64,000 nucleotides of DNA from Octopus sinensis (Eukaryota). Below the pieces are notes generated by a model, which worked only from the letters and a program-made list of their open reading frames with translations, searched no databases and was not told where the DNA came from. The DNA lies in the NCBI RefSeq assembly GCF_006345805.1, contig NC_043000.1, forward strand, positions 46,996,001-47,060,000, written 5' to 3'. The position numbers and the translations under genes are program-made. Below are positions 63,325 through 64,000 of this stretch, piece after piece; the stretch's first letter is position 1, and each line of letters starts with the position of its first letter.

Positions 63325-64000
63325 TGTTAAATGTGGAGAATGAATGGGAGGAGAGTGTTCCAAAGGTTGACCCAATTGAGGGACCAGCTACCCAAATATG
63401 AAGACAGGGAAAGCACCTGGCCCATCAGCAATCCTTGCTGGGATGCTTAAAATATCGGGTGGTGTGGGTTATGGTCCTGTCACCTGCATCATAAATCAGG
63501 TAGTTCATGAAGGAGTCATATCCAATGACTGGTGTAGCAGCACCATAGTCAGCTGCTACAAGGGTAAAGGTGATGCTTTAGATAGAAATAACTACAGGGG
63601 GGCATCAAATTATTGAATCAAGTAATGAAAGTTACTGAGAGGATCATAGCGCAACTAATTATGGAGAGAGTTAGCCTAGACGAAATGCAGTTTGGTTTTG
63701 TGCCAGGCAGAAGCACCACTGATGCTGTATTTCTGGTAAGGCAACTGCGAGAGAAATATCTAGCCAAAATTAAACCTCTGTACTTAGCTTTTGTTGACTT
63801 AGAGAAAGCCTTTGACAGGGTCCCCTAATCCCTTATCTGGTGGTCAATGCGGAAACTGGGGATTGACGAGTGGGATGTTGTCAGTAAGGTGAAGGCTGGC
63901 AACGAGTATTTCTGGTTAGAAATAGGGGTTTACCAAGGATCAGTCCTCAAACCCCTCTTATTCATCATAATCCTCCAGGCAATAACAGAGGGATTTAAGA
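63325..64000 (+). pseudogene. RTE-clade LINE reverse transcriptase, frameshifted, runs off the window
   Basis: MKTGKAPGPS, YKGKGDALDRNNYRG, QFGFVPGRSTTDAVF, LAFVDLEKAFDRVP, GVYQGSVLKPLLFIIILQ. Confidence 0.85.

Overview
AT-rich eukaryotic, repeat-dominated DNA. The SINE families and microsatellite load suggest an octopus or other coleoid cephalopod (inferred from repeat content only). No host protein-coding exon could be supported. Most listed ORFs are artefacts of (TA)n/(TATG)n/(CA)n tracts or antisense shadows of transposon genes. The centrepiece is a nested retroelement stack at ~18.0-31.4 kb. A young tandem Ty3/Gypsy-type LTR element (LTR-internal-LTR-internal-LTR, 18733-24396, minus strand) encodes Gag and an in-frame protease-integrase fusion with intact D,D(35)E, but has no reverse transcriptase or RNase H. 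It sits, with a 5-bp TSD, in the RT of a Penelope-like element (RT + GIY-YIG, CCAAT/CRE array, decayed hammerhead). That element in turn lies between two homologous LTRs of an older Gypsy fossil. Several minimal type I hammerhead ribozymes occur in the window, including two that form the arms of a near-perfect 272-bp palindrome (55724-55995). The rest is tRNA-derived and RTE-tailed SINEs, mariner/Tc1 fossils, RTE and R4/Dong-like LINE fragments (some flanked by microsatellites), a TTAA-flanked MITE, a second foldback element and simple repeats.
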